Positions 1 through 9,850 of a stretch of DNA of 64,000 nt are shown here, piece after piece. The stretch's first letter is position 1. Every line of letters begins with the position of its first letter. Where the stretch lies: positions 124,001 to 188,000 of the IMG/VR virus record IMGVR_UViG_3300030419_008158. One strand, written 5' to 3'. The notes beneath the pieces were generated by a model. The model was not told where the DNA came from, did not search any database, and saw nothing but the letters and a program-made list of their open reading frames with translations. The translations under genes and the position numbers were made by a program.

Positions 1-278
1 TACCCTTCTACAAAACTTCTGTGCTTTAGAGAACCCCACAGAAAATAAAAAGTGTAGACAAGCCAGTGAAAAAGAAACAACATCTCAATTTGCTGAATGT
101 AATGAATCGTCTCATGGCGCTTTGATGTCTTTGACAAAGACCCTCTAGAAAAAACAAAGCACAAAATATTAACTGCTCCAATTTCAATCGGTGACACCTT
201 TGAAAGCCAAATCGGCACCTTGCTGTTCTCAAAAATCCACGGCGTTCTTCTTGAAAGCCACTTTCTTATGACGGACAT
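1..278 (-). CDS. HExxH zinc-metallopeptidase-like membrane protein (runs off the window edge)
   Basis: Not in the ORF track. ATG at 278 overlaps the sigma-gene stop (TAATG) with GGAGG upstream. Hand translation gives MSVIRKWLSRRTPWIFENSKVP...KRHETIHYIQQIEMLFLFHWLVYTFYFLWG..., open to base 1. Confidence 0.7.
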   Translation of the reverse strand, partial: MSVIRKWLSRRTPWIFENSKVPIWLSKVSPIEIGAVNILCFVFSRGSLSKTSKRHETIHYIQQIEMLFLFHWLVYTFYFLWGSLKHRSFVEG

Positions 279-1021
279 TATAGACCTCCTTTTTCTTTTT
301 CTTCCACCACTAATCTAGAATAAATCTTTCTTATTTTGCTCATTGATTTTGTCAAGTGCTTTTTTTCCAAACCGGAAATCTCGCACAAGTAAATGTAAAT
401 CGACTGTTTATTGATAAAATCAAGCTCTTGAGCATTATCAAACAATTTTTCAACTGCACTAATTGTAATCAGGTCTCTATCGTCAGATAGATGCTCTCTT
501 ACTTTCTTAACTCTAGCTATGTTTTCAGCTCTATTTTCACTGTTAATGATTAGCTCTTCTGTTGACGGAAGCTCAACATATCTATCAATTTGCTGCTTTA
601 TCAGAGAATCGCCCTTGCGTGACGTTACTTCGTCCAAATAAACGTGCTTGAAATACTTTTTTCTATGACTATTTGTCGTATTTATTAGAAAGTTTTTAGC
701 AACTACATTGAAATAGCTGAATGCTTTGGACCCTTTGGCTGGGTCCCACTTATGAAGTGACTTATAAAGAAAAAAGCAACCCTCCTCTATGAGTTCTTGT
801 GTGTTCATAAGCGGAGACTTAAATCCGTAGACGTAGATCAGACTTTCGACCAATTTTTTCATTGCTGGAAGAATTTCCTGACCGTATACTTGTTCTCTCT
901 CTTTTTTCTCTTCAGATGTCAGAAACTTTACAATTGAAACTTCTGTATCTTTGGTAAAATACATCACACTTTTTTGACCAGGGCGCCTCTTTATTCTTTT
1001 TCTGCCTTTTTTTGCCGCCAT
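278..1021 (-). CDS. Phage-type sigma70-like RNA polymerase sigma factor
   Basis: KWDPAKGSKAFSYFNVVAKNFLI resembles sigma70 region 2.3-2.4 (FDPxKGxKFSTY); C-terminal helical HTH-like segment (YIYLCEISGLEKKHLTKSMSKIR). Confidence 0.6.
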   Translation of the reverse strand: MAAKKGRKRIKRRPGQKSVMYFTKDTEVSIVKFLTSEEKKEREQVYGQEILPAMKKLVESLIYVYGFKSPLMNTQELIEEGCFFLYKSLHKWDPAKGSKAFSYFNVVAKNFLINTTNSHRKKYFKHVYLDEVTSRKGDSLIKQQIDRYVELPSTEELIINSENRAENIARVKKVREHLSDDRDLITISAVEKLFDNAQELDFINKQSIYIYLCEISGLEKKHLTKSMSKIRKIYSRLVVEEKEKGGL

Positions 1022-1309
1022 TTATTCTGTCTCCTGTTCTATGTTTTCTATATTTTTTGTAAGCGCTAAAGCAACTGAGTGCAGAGAATCTCTTACAGCA
1101 CTTATGTCGTTAACGACAGACTTTACTTCGGCACTGTCATAAAACAGGGGGCGCTTTAGTACATCTGACATCGTATCATACTTTTCATCAATTACATCCA
1201 GGCATTCTTCGATGGTGTCTTCAAGGCGAATAATTGTGATTCCCAACTTTATATTCTTGTAGACTGAAATGCTCAAAAGAATTCCTAGTATTGTAGCTAA
1301 GTAAATCAT
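1022..1309 (-). CDS. Hypothetical protein with N-terminal membrane anchor and coiled coil
   Basis: Hydrophobic N-terminus MIYLATILGILLSISVY followed by a heptad-like segment; abuts both neighbours. Confidence 0.6.
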   Translation of the reverse strand: MIYLATILGILLSISVYKNIKLGITIIRLEDTIEECLDVIDEKYDTMSDVLKRPLFYDSAEVKSVVNDISAVRDSLHSVALALTKNIENIEQETE

Positions 1310-2482
1310 CTATAGGTGTTTTCTCACGATACTCTCAAACTTTTCTTGTAATGCTTCCAAAGAGTGAGATTTGATTAGTTTTTCAGAAAGATTTTTCGCA
1401 TGAGCGCTAAACTGATTGGGTTTTTCATACACAGCTTTCATTTTTCTGCAAAAGTTTCCCTCTCTTGGATTTGCCCAAGCTGATCCGGCTACAAATATTT
1501 TTCCGTCAATTCTAGCAGGAGGTACAGGGCACATATCAAACTTTACTTTCTGAAAACTGGCGCCTTCCAAAAACTCTGTATGGGCAGACCAGTCTGTTGC
1601 AACAACTGGAAGTCCAGAAACTGCTGCCTCAAGCAGGGGCAAACCAAACCCTTCCCCACGAGTTGCAGACATATATCCTATAAGTTTCTGACTCTTGTAA
1701 ACATTTTTCATTTCCTCTCGAGTCATTGTGCCGTGCATCATATAGAGTTTTGGTGCTCTGTCTAAATTCACACTTGAAGAAGCCCTCACCTGTCTTAAAG
1801 TTTTTCTGACCAACTCTCTGTCTATTGTAGTGTCTCTTCCTCTAGATGTCTTTACAATCAACCCTACATCTTTTTTCCCTTCAAACGCCTTCAAAAACCA
1901 AAGAATACTCGATAATAAATTTTTTCTATCTGCATCAGGATTATCGCTAGTTAGAGTGCCTACTGTTAGAAAGTTTTTGTCTGTCGGTATGTCTTCTAAA
2001 GGGTCGCTGGATGGCTCCAAAAGAAGCTCACTGAAGTATGCTTCCGGAAGTACTTCTATGGGCGTTTTATTTTGTGAGCCTCCAGTCCTTTCTAGCGTTT
2101 GTTTAGTAAAGTCGCTAGGAACAATCACAAGATTCATTTTTTCTCTTTGCTTGACAGCCCAATCTTGTGAACATTTAGTTGTCTCAACACCTGCTGTAAC
2201 TCCAACATTGTAGTTGGCTAAAGTTTCATCCCACTCATGAGGAAGTTGGACTTGAAATGAAATATCAAATTTTTGTGTAGTCGGTCTAGATGCTGACATT
2301 ATTCTGCCGTATAAGCCGTCCTCATCGGTATCACTCACATTCCAGGGAGTAATTCCCCACGGAAGTATTTGTGTTGTAATATTCCAGCCTTTTTGTGCTT
2401 CACAAAATCTAAAAATTTGTCTAGAGTGAACCCCATAGCCGGATTGTGATAAAAGAGGTGCTCTTACTAAAACATTTTTCAT
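1310..2482 (-). CDS. GT-B glycosyltransferase (GT4-like)
   Basis: EGFGLPLLEAAVSGLPVVATDWSAHTEF motif. Confidence 0.85.
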   Translation of the reverse strand: MKNVLVRAPLLSQSGYGVHSRQIFRFCEAQKGWNITTQILPWGITPWNVSDTDEDGLYGRIMSASRPTTQKFDISFQVQLPHEWDETLANYNVGVTAGVETTKCSQDWAVKQREKMNLVIVPSDFTKQTLERTGGSQNKTPIEVLPEAYFSELLLEPSSDPLEDIPTDKNFLTVGTLTSDNPDADRKNLLSSILWFLKAFEGKKDVGLIVKTSRGRDTTIDRELVRKTLRQVRASSSVNLDRAPKLYMMHGTMTREEMKNVYKSQKLIGYMSATRGEGFGLPLLEAAVSGLPVVATDWSAHTEFLEGASFQKVKFDMCPVPPARIDGKIFVAGSAWANPREGNFCRKMKAVYEKPNQFSAHAKNLSEKLIKSHSLEALQEKFESIVRKHL

Positions 2483-3720
2483 GAAATTTCCTCGATAACA
2501 AATTTTTGATCTGTTTTGTAATTTTCAGTCAAATTCCACAGTGAATCATGCCACAAGTCTATCGTTTTCTGCAAAGAAAACTCCGACTGGACATAATCTC
2601 TTGCTTTCTGGCCCAGTGCTTTCCTTTCGCTTTTACTCATTTTGTACATCTTGTAAATTGATTCAGCGATAGTGTCAGTGCTTACATAGTCTTCGTAGAT
2701 ATAAGGGACCATTTGTGAACCTACCAAAGATTGCATTTCTACGTCAAGTGCAATTCCATTCTCTGTTCCATCTCTATGATCAACTACTTGACGAGTCAGA
2801 CCACCTGTTTTTACAGCAATTACAGGATTGGCCACCTTCATAGATTCCAGAGTTGCTAATCCAAACCCTTCTGCGTATGCTATGTTAATACAGCAGTCAG
2901 AAATATTATGCAGAATATTCATTCTATCAAATTCAACTCTTTGATTTGAAAAGACAACGCTGTCAACAACGTTCATGGCTTCAACATTCACTAGCAGATT
3001 TGGACCTTCTTGATCAACCGGATCTGTGTGCATAAGAAGCGTCGCATCTGATTTTCCTTCTTTTTCTAACATTTTCACAAACTTGGCCCATGCTTCAATT
3101 AAATCAGCCGGTCTTTTTCGACGAGCATTTCTATTGACCCAAAAAAGAACAAAGTGATCCTGTCTATGCGGTCCTAAAATTTGTATTTTGTTTGTTTTAA
3201 TCTGGTCTTCTGTCATAGGAAAAAATAAATCGTCCGGCAGTGCATGAGGTACAAAATTAGCTTTTCCCGGAACAATCTCATTTACCATTTCATACGAAAG
3301 ATAGCTGTGACAATTTATAAGATCAGTTGCCTCATAGAGGACTTTGTTGTAATAGGGTGCAGGTCGATTGTCCCACACATGCCAATAAGCAATTGGGCAA
3401 ATTTTATTGATCTCATCATGCATTTCCCAGACGTAAATAAAAAACCTAGGGTCTGTGAAAAGAAAAATCACATCAGGTTTTTCTGCGGCTATCGCCTGCA
3501 AAAGCATTTCTCTGTCGCCAAAACCATCTATGGGCTTGATCATAAAGTCCGGATTAACTTGAACAACATCATAATTGTTGTGCTTCATTGCAGCACCGAA
3601 CTGTCGAACTGACCAGCAGCCCTTATCGATTAGCCCGTTTATTAGAAAACGACTTTGACATCCGACCCCCGAAGTGCTGAGTGCGTGGTCGGAGAGCATT
3701 AGTATCTTTTTTTTCTTCAC
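2479..3720 (-). CDS. GT-B glycosyltransferase (GT4-like)
   Basis: EGFGLATLESMKVANPVIAVKTGG motif; GTG start; 4-nt overlap with the next gene. Confidence 0.85.
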   Translation of the reverse strand: MKKKKILMLSDHALSTSGVGCQSRFLINGLIDKGCWSVRQFGAAMKHNNYDVVQVNPDFMIKPIDGFGDREMLLQAIAAEKPDVIFLFTDPRFFIYVWEMHDEINKICPIAYWHVWDNRPAPYYNKVLYEATDLINCHSYLSYEMVNEIVPGKANFVPHALPDDLFFPMTEDQIKTNKIQILGPHRQDHFVLFWVNRNARRKRPADLIEAWAKFVKMLEKEGKSDATLLMHTDPVDQEGPNLLVNVEAMNVVDSVVFSNQRVEFDRMNILHNISDCCINIAYAEGFGLATLESMKVANPVIAVKTGGLTRQVVDHRDGTENGIALDVEMQSLVGSQMVPYIYEDYVSTDTIAESIYKMYKMSKSERKALGQKARDYVQSEFSLQKTIDLWHDSLWNLTENYKTDQKFVIEEIS

Positions 3721-3797
3721 ATCACACCAATTTTTTTAAAGCTTGTTGCTTATATTAGTGTGATGAAGACACTAGTAAATTCGAATTGAATAATTAT

Positions 3798-4664
3798 CTA
3801 CGTGCAATGCTCTGTCTGGGCGAATTCGCAAAACTTACAAGAAGATCTATTTTTTATCATAAATCCGGTCCTCATACCCTTCAACATACCGCTAACCATT
3901 TTGTTTGCTTTTGATATTGACTTCGGACCTGATGATACTTCGACAATATCTACTGACTTGCCCGGCTTGCTGTCACGCTTGAGAAGAACAAAGCATGCTT
4001 TTACTTGACTACTAGGTTTTCCTGACACTTGCATCCAGTAGTGTTTGTACAGCACAATTTGTGCCTGTGTCAAAAAATCTCTCTTTTTATCTTTTCTCCA
4101 ACCTCGAGGGCCCGCTGTCTTCCAATCAATAACTACGTGCTTTCCACTTGGAAGCTCAAGAACGCAGTCAATGAAGCCCTTGTAGAATCCAATTTCGTCA
4201 CCCGACACAGCCTCATATAGATTGTGCTCAGCAGCAACAGGTTTCCATCCAGGAAACTTTTCATCCAAAAATGATGGTAACTGTTCTAGACTGTTCTTCG
4301 ATGACTCTAGCCACCCTTCTAGATTCACGTGCCTATACTTCCACCCTTGCCCTGCAGCTCGAGATGTCTGCTCTTTTATAAATTTTTCAGAATCGAACCC
4401 ATGTTTACTCCACGCCTCTCTAATTTTATTGTGGGCCGTCGGAATATCCATAGGATTACCGTTTAGAAAATTTTCAACAGCATCATGTACAATGGTCCCG
4501 TATTCCAAGTACGGAGAAGGGACCACTTCCGAAAGGCCGTCGATGTACATCAACTTGTGACGAAAAGGACACTGCTGGTATATGCTTACTTCTGAGTATG
4601 ACACATGGGGTTTGCCATTCTTCAGAAGGGCAGTTTTTGTCTCAAGTTTTTTATAGTCTTCCAT
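3798..4664 (-). CDS. PD-(D/E)xK nuclease, RecB/AddB/Cas4-like, with 4-Cys cluster
   Basis: SYSE...QQCP at the N-terminus, KGFIDCV...VIDWKT catalytic motifs, C-terminal CKFC...C. Confidence 0.85.
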   Translation of the reverse strand: MEDYKKLETKTALLKNGKPHVSYSEVSIYQQCPFRHKLMYIDGLSEVVPSPYLEYGTIVHDAVENFLNGNPMDIPTAHNKIREAWSKHGFDSEKFIKEQTSRAAGQGWKYRHVNLEGWLESSKNSLEQLPSFLDEKFPGWKPVAAEHNLYEAVSGDEIGFYKGFIDCVLELPSGKHVVIDWKTAGPRGWRKDKKRDFLTQAQIVLYKHYWMQVSGKPSSQVKACFVLLKRDSKPGKSVDIVEVSSGPKSISKANKMVSGMLKGMRTGFMIKNRSSCKFCEFAQTEHCT

Positions 4665-5563
4665 GTATTAATTGTATCACTTTTTTGTACATTTTTACAT
4701 TTTTTCATAAATGATCGAACGTACTTCTTAAGCGACTTCTTTGCATGCCAGCCAGTTTCTTCTTTCATAAACTCCGGCTCTGCCAAAGTAATTCTTACTT
4801 CACCAGGTCGAGCAGGAATTCTGGTTTTGAGACCTCCAAACATGTTTGCCAACTCATTTATAGAATAGTTTGTGCCGGTACCTAAACTAAAAATAGGTGT
4901 TGCGTCAAATTTTGTCCAGTCTTTTATTCCAAGTTCGTATAAACCCCTGACAATGTCATCGACATGTGTAAAGTCTCGTCGTTGTTCTCCATCTCCGACG
5001 ATGGTTAGTGGTTTTTCTTTTTTTGTAAGTTCTTCAAACTTACCAACAACAGTTGCCCAAGGCCCTGTGATTGGCTGCCTAGGACCGTAAACATTGAAAA
5101 ACCTAGCAATGGCTGTGCTCATTCCATAGACTTCGTGATACATTTCACATACTCTTTCACCAGATCTTTTTGCGAAAGCATATGGATTTAAGTACTCATC
5201 TCCAAATGCAGTACTTGATCCTGCATAAACAAATCTCGCACCCACCCTTCTTGAATAATCACATGCAGCTGCAGTTCCCATAATGTCATTGGACAAATAA
5301 TCCAGCGGGTGTTCAAAAGAGGGTTGAATTCTAGCGTGTGCCGCCAAGTGAAACACAATGTCAAATTTTTCTTTTGAGTACTTTGATTTATCTAGATTTC
5401 TAACGTCATCGATCCAGTATGTAGAGTTTTCATTGCTATAACTTCTAGATGATGATTCTGAGCATAGGTTGTCCATTACAGTTACTGTACATCCCTCCCT
5501 TACTAACAAATCAACTAGATTGCTTCCTACAAATCCCAAACCACCTGTAACTAGTACTCTCAT
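4622..5563 (-). CDS. NAD-dependent epimerase/dehydratase (extended SDR)
   Basis: GGLGFVGS Rossmann motif, YAFAK (YxxxK), RFFNVYGP, GDGEQRRDF. Confidence 0.9.
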   Translation of the reverse strand: MRVLVTGGLGFVGSNLVDLLVREGCTVTVMDNLCSESSSRSYSNENSTYWIDDVRNLDKSKYSKEKFDIVFHLAAHARIQPSFEHPLDYLSNDIMGTAAACDYSRRVGARFVYAGSSTAFGDEYLNPYAFAKRSGERVCEMYHEVYGMSTAIARFFNVYGPRQPITGPWATVVGKFEELTKKEKPLTIVGDGEQRRDFTHVDDIVRGLYELGIKDWTKFDATPIFSLGTGTNYSINELANMFGGLKTRIPARPGEVRITLAEPEFMKEETGWHAKKSLKKYVRSFMKKCKNVQKSDTINTWKTIKNLRQKLPF

Positions 5564-5578
5564 TTGACACCTTCGAAA

Positions 5579-6550
5579 CTATAATTCTTTTTTTGTCAAA
5601 TCATAATCAGACTCATACATGATTTGAACTAAGTCATGAAATGTTGTTTTTGGTTCCCAAGAAAGCTTATTTTTTGCCTTTGACGAATCACCCAAAAGAT
5701 AAGGTACTTCGTGTGGTCGAAAAAACCTAGGATCAATCTCCACATGATCTTCTACGTTTAGTCCTGCAATTTCAAAAGTATAGTCTAAAAATTCTTTTAC
5801 TGACCTTGTCTCCCCTGTTGAAATCACATAATCATCCGGAATGTCTTGCTGCAGCATCAGCCACATGGCTTCTACGTAGTCTCCAGCGAAACCCCAATCT
5901 CTTTTTGCTGATAGATTGCCTAGGTAGAGCTTGTCTTGAAGGCCCAGCTTAATTTTTGCTGCAGCTCTTGTAATTTTTCTAGTGACAAAAGTTTCACCTC
6001 TACGAGGAGATTCGTGATTAAAAAGAATACCGCTTGAAGCATGAAGATCGTAACTCTCTCTATAGTTTCTGACTAGATTGTGTGCAAAAAGCTTTGCACA
6101 AGCGTACGGAGATGCAGGAAGCATTCTAGATTCTTCATTGAAAGGATAGTCTGGATTGTCACCATACATTTCAGAAGAAGAAGCTTGGTAGAATTTGCAG
6201 TCTGGCATTATGTTTCTTATCGCATCCAAAATTCTCAATGTACCCATTGCAATTCCGTCGACGGTGTTTTCCGGGATGTCGAAAGAAACGCGAACATGAG
6301 ATTGTGCAGCCAAATTATAAAACTCATCGGGCAAATAGTCGTTAAGAAGACGATAAATACATCCAGCATCGTTCAGATCAAAGTAAACAAGATGAAAGTT
6401 AGGATTTTCATAAATTTTATCAACTCGGTCTGTCGTAATAAGTGATGTCCTTCTCTTTGCTCCTACAACTTGGTATCCCTTGTCTAGTAAAAGTTCTGCT
6501 AAATAGGATCCGTCTTGCCCAGTAACTCCTGTAATTAATGCAGTCTTCAA
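5579..6550 (-). CDS. gmd: GDP-mannose 4,6-dehydratase
   Basis: [49 protein letters not shown]. Start moved to TTG 6550 (GAGG SD, overlap with the fcl stop). Confidence 0.95.
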   Translation of the reverse strand: MKTALITGVTGQDGSYLAELLLDKGYQVVGAKRRTSLITTDRVDKIYENPNFHLVYFDLNDAGCIYRLLNDYLPDEFYNLAAQSHVRVSFDIPENTVDGIAMGTLRILDAIRNIMPDCKFYQASSSEMYGDNPDYPFNEESRMLPASPYACAKLFAHNLVRNYRESYDLHASSGILFNHESPRRGETFVTRKITRAAAKIKLGLQDKLYLGNLSAKRDWGFAGDYVEAMWLMLQQDIPDDYVISTGETRSVKEFLDYTFEIAGLNVEDHVEIDPRFFRPHEVPYLLGDSSKAKNKLSWEPKTTFHDLVQIMYESDYDLTKKEL

Positions 6551-7485
6551 TTTACACCTCTGACATTTGGATAGTTCATTATAAACCAATCACACGTCTT
6601 TTTTATTCCTTTTTCCAAAGGAGTATAGTCAGATTTTTTCCACCCTAAACTAAGAAGTTTTCTATTTGAACTGGGTTTTCTATGTTGCCCTAAGGGCTCA
6701 GATGTTTGCCACTCAATTTTTCCTTCATACTTCAGAGTTTTACAAATTATTTCCACGACCTCTTTGATTGAATACTCGTGGGTATTCCCTATGTTTATAG
6801 GTTCTGGCTCATTGTAGTTTTCCATCAAAAATAAAAGAATTTGTGCAACATCCTCAGAGTATGTGAATTCTCGAAGAGGAGATCCATCCCCCCAACACAG
6901 AACTTTCTCCTGCTTGTTGATTTTTGCTTCCCACACCTTTCTAATGATAGCCGGAATTACATGACTGTTCTCTAGATCAAAATTATCATATTCTCCGTAC
7001 AAGTTATTGGGTATTGCGGTTATAAAGTTGCATCCGTACTGTTGACGATATGCTCTTGACATGACATCAACCATTCTTTTTGAATACGCATAGCCATAAT
7101 TTGAGTTATGGGGTGGGCCTAAGTGAAGCTGGTCTTCTGTAAGCGGATAAGAAATATACTGCGCGTCTGGGTAGACACACGTAGAGAGAAGAGAGACAAC
7201 TTTTTCAACATTTTGAGAATGAGCAAAATTTAGAATTTTTTGGTTGATAATGCTATTTTCTAAATAAAAATCTAGCATGTAAGAAGTATTAGCTTTGATA
7301 CCTCCGACACGTGCTGCCAGATGAATTATATTTTTCCCAGAAACATCTTCTGGTTCAAGATTTTCAAAATCTTTGCGGTTCAAGTAAGTCGCACTTGGTA
7401 AAAATTTTTGAAATGCTGACCCCACCATTCCGGATCCGCCAGTAATCAGCATGTCTTTTTTTGTGTTCGTCTGTCTAGACTTCAT
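6547..7485 (-). CDS. fcl: GDP-L-fucose synthase
   Basis: [46 protein letters not shown]; adjacent to gmd. Confidence 0.9.
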   Translation of the reverse strand: MKSRQTNTKKDMLITGGSGMVGSAFQKFLPSATYLNRKDFENLEPEDVSGKNIIHLAARVGGIKANTSYMLDFYLENSIINQKILNFAHSQNVEKVVSLLSTCVYPDAQYISYPLTEDQLHLGPPHNSNYGYAYSKRMVDVMSRAYRQQYGCNFITAIPNNLYGEYDNFDLENSHVIPAIIRKVWEAKINKQEKVLCWGDGSPLREFTYSEDVAQILLFLMENYNEPEPINIGNTHEYSIKEVVEIICKTLKYEGKIEWQTSEPLGQHRKPSSNRKLLSLGWKKSDYTPLEKGIKKTCDWFIMNYPNVRGVN

Positions 7486-8084
7486 GATTTTGTCAAAGTA
7501 AAAAATCCGTTACCGTGAGGAAAAACATCAGTCCACTTCTTTTTTATTTCTCCGTACTCGTAAGAAAAATCTTTTAATTCGTATCCGCAATTTTCAAACA
7601 TGTCAATCCACCACTCTTCATCTTTCTTGGTTACATGAGTGATGTCAACTTCATATTCTCTAATTCTAAATCTATTTTTGTCGCCTAAAGGTATCACAAA
7701 AAAGAATTGATCAGACTTGTTTCTCAAAAATTTCAACATTTTTGGTATGTCTTCTTCTTCAATATGCTCCAAGACATCTTTACAGATAACAAGATCATAC
7801 TTCTTGGACGTAGGTTTTCCTATAAATTTTCTTGCCCTGGGATGACAATTCTCTAGTGCGTACTCACTAATGTCTTCGCCATATGCATTGCATCCTAAAA
7901 TTCTAAGTGCTGCAACAAGAAAACCCTTAGCACACCCATAGTCTAAAACGGTGTCAAAATCTAATCTTTTCTTTATCTCAAGTGCCTCAGGTATGGATCT
8001 AGTGGGCATCCATCTGTAGTTTTCATATCCAGATATACCTTTCCTCACACCGTCTTCATAGTAATCTTTATTAAATTGACTCAA
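7482..8084 (-). CDS. Class I SAM-dependent methyltransferase
   Basis: VLDYGCAKG motif I and CKDVLEH; TTG start with GAGGTG SD. Confidence 0.8.
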   Translation of the reverse strand: MSQFNKDYYEDGVRKGISGYENYRWMPTRSIPEALEIKKRLDFDTVLDYGCAKGFLVAALRILGCNAYGEDISEYALENCHPRARKFIGKPTSKKYDLVICKDVLEHIEEEDIPKMLKFLRNKSDQFFFVIPLGDKNRFRIREYEVDITHVTKKDEEWWIDMFENCGYELKDFSYEYGEIKKKWTDVFPHGNGFFTLTKS

Positions 8085-8095
8085 TTTTTCTCACC

Positions 8096-9157
8096 TCAAG
8101 CAAAATCATTATGTTCAGTCACTGTGACTACATCATCAATTAGTTCGTTCTGCATTGCGTATTTACAGTAATGGCAAGCATGTGTTCTTTTGTGTGACGG
8201 CTTGCTGTAATAAGCATCTATTCCGTCTATGTCACATACCATAAACTGTGAAGATGGAACATAGTTGTAGTTATTCTCCAGAGATAGTTCAGCTGACGGG
8301 CAGACATATATGTGTCCATCAGTGAAAAGAAATGGTTTTACCATGTGCATGTAGCAATTGCTGTTTCTTCGCTCTCCCTTAAAATTAAAGTCTGAGAGAA
8401 ATGCGTACTCTAGAGTTTTTCCTCTGGCTGTCTCATACTCATTCAAGACCTTTCTAATTACTTCTATGTCTTTTTCTGTCTCTTTTACGTTTTTTATTGC
8501 ATTGAATGCAATTCTTGTCGGAATTTTATTATCTTCTACCCAATCTAACATTCTTTCAAAATTTTGACGATTTTGAAACTTTGTGGCCAGCTTCTTCTTA
8601 GATGCGTCTGTCCACTTTCCTGTGATATTGGGATTACTTGAAGTCGAAAGAGACTCGTCCCAAACGTATGCTGCTGATACTGCTGTGTCTAGTCCTTCAA
8701 ATACAGACAAATCATAATCGTACCCTTCATAAAATCCGTACATTCCTAAACGAACCCATGTAAATAGAGAAACGACGTCTTCTTTTATTTTTCTTTTCTT
8801 GCCGATAAGTGCACCATTTGTACAAACACCCAAAGAAAAGCCCAAGGATTTTGCATACCTAGCTATTTCTTCAAATTGCGGGTGCAGAGTAGGCTCTCCA
8901 CCGCCCGTAAACTCCACCCCTGTTACACCTATTTTGCGAAAAGAATCTAGTGCTTGTTTGACTTTTTCGACAGGTAGCCTATCTTTCATGTCTCTATTTG
9001 CAAAACAACAAAAACTGCATGTCAAGTTACACGCATTGATTAGTGAAATATGAACCATTACAGGTGAAGGAGTTTTTCCTTCTTGAATAATTTTTAGCTT
9101 ATCTAAGTGCTTGAGTAGTTTTGTTGTGTTGCTACTAAAACTTCTTCCCTGTACCAT
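8096..9157 (-). CDS. Radical SAM protein with C-terminal Cys cluster (SPASM/twitch-like)
   Basis: CNLTCSFC (CxxxCxxC), TGGGEPTLHP, CTNG, C-terminal CYM...CP...CHYC. Start moved to ATG 9157 (TAATG overlap, GGAG SD). Confidence 0.85.
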   Translation of the reverse strand: MVQGRSFSSNTTKLLKHLDKLKIIQEGKTPSPVMVHISLINACNLTCSFCCFANRDMKDRLPVEKVKQALDSFRKIGVTGVEFTGGGEPTLHPQFEEIARYAKSLGFSLGVCTNGALIGKKRKIKEDVVSLFTWVRLGMYGFYEGYDYDLSVFEGLDTAVSAAYVWDESLSTSSNPNITGKWTDASKKKLATKFQNRQNFERMLDWVEDNKIPTRIAFNAIKNVKETEKDIEVIRKVLNEYETARGKTLEYAFLSDFNFKGERRNSNCYMHMVKPFLFTDGHIYVCPSAELSLENNYNYVPSSQFMVCDIDGIDAYYSKPSHKRTHACHYCKYAMQNELIDDVVTVTEHNDFA

Positions 9158-9849
9158 TAGTAGTGCTCCTTGTACTGATGTACTATTGGAAAATTCTCCC
9201 AATTAGCATGCAATCTTTTTTGGGCTAACCATTCTGCATTTTCATAAGGCTTGCCCATTCTATTGAAATGAAATACTAAATTTAGGTCTATTGCTCCAAT
9301 TCCACGAAAGTCTGGATGCTGCAGCAAGTCATCATGATGATTCTCTGTAAACGACAATGCGCTAGAAAATACTTCTAAAAAATCACTCGAACTGTAGACG
9401 CTACCTCCGCAGGCACCGTACCTTCCATGACTCACCCAGCCTTCATTTTCTCTAATAATATTGATAGCAATATTAGGTAGCGGATTGATAGTTGCGCCCT
9501 TGAAGCTAAAATCGTCAAATTCAACTTTATCTTGAACCAAAACGTCGTCTTCCAAAATCATGATATAGTCAGTATTTGCATTTTCTACAGCCAATTTGTG
9601 ACGTCTCCATCCCTCGATCATTCTACTGGAATCATAATACGTGTCATCATTTTTGCCAAAAATATTGTGCAAGTGAACAAAATCAGTATTGTATCTACTT
9701 GCTAAATCACTAAAATCTTCGCCGCCATCAGATATCATCATGATCGGGCTGTCTGGATAGTATTTTCTAAATCTCTCAAGAACAAAGCTAGTCGCCTTTT
9801 TATTATTGTAGACTTGATAATATGCACCCAGTGTTTTAGAGGTATTCAT
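9157..9849 (-). CDS. Putative GT-A glycosyltransferase
   Basis: ISDGG and MILEDDV (DxD-like) motifs; glycan-island context. Confidence 0.55.
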   Translation of the reverse strand: MNTSKTLGAYYQVYNNKKATSFVLERFRKYYPDSPIMMISDGGEDFSDLASRYNTDFVHLHNIFGKNDDTYYDSSRMIEGWRRHKLAVENANTDYIMILEDDVLVQDKVEFDDFSFKGATINPLPNIAINIIRENEGWVSHGRYGACGGSVYSSSDFLEVFSSALSFTENHHDDLLQHPDFRGIGAIDLNLVFHFNRMGKPYENAEWLAQKRLHANWENFPIVHQYKEHY

Positions 9850-9850
9850 T

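Noticed and set aside
26-232. Track ORF MRTARCRF... (68 aa, minus strand)
   Set aside because: Wrong frame; the SD-supported, TAATG-coupled ORF from 278 with an HExxH motif occupies this region.
3798-4664. Cas4 as a sign of a CRISPR system
   Set aside because: No repeat-spacer array or other cas gene is visible; solo Cas4-like nucleases are common in phages.
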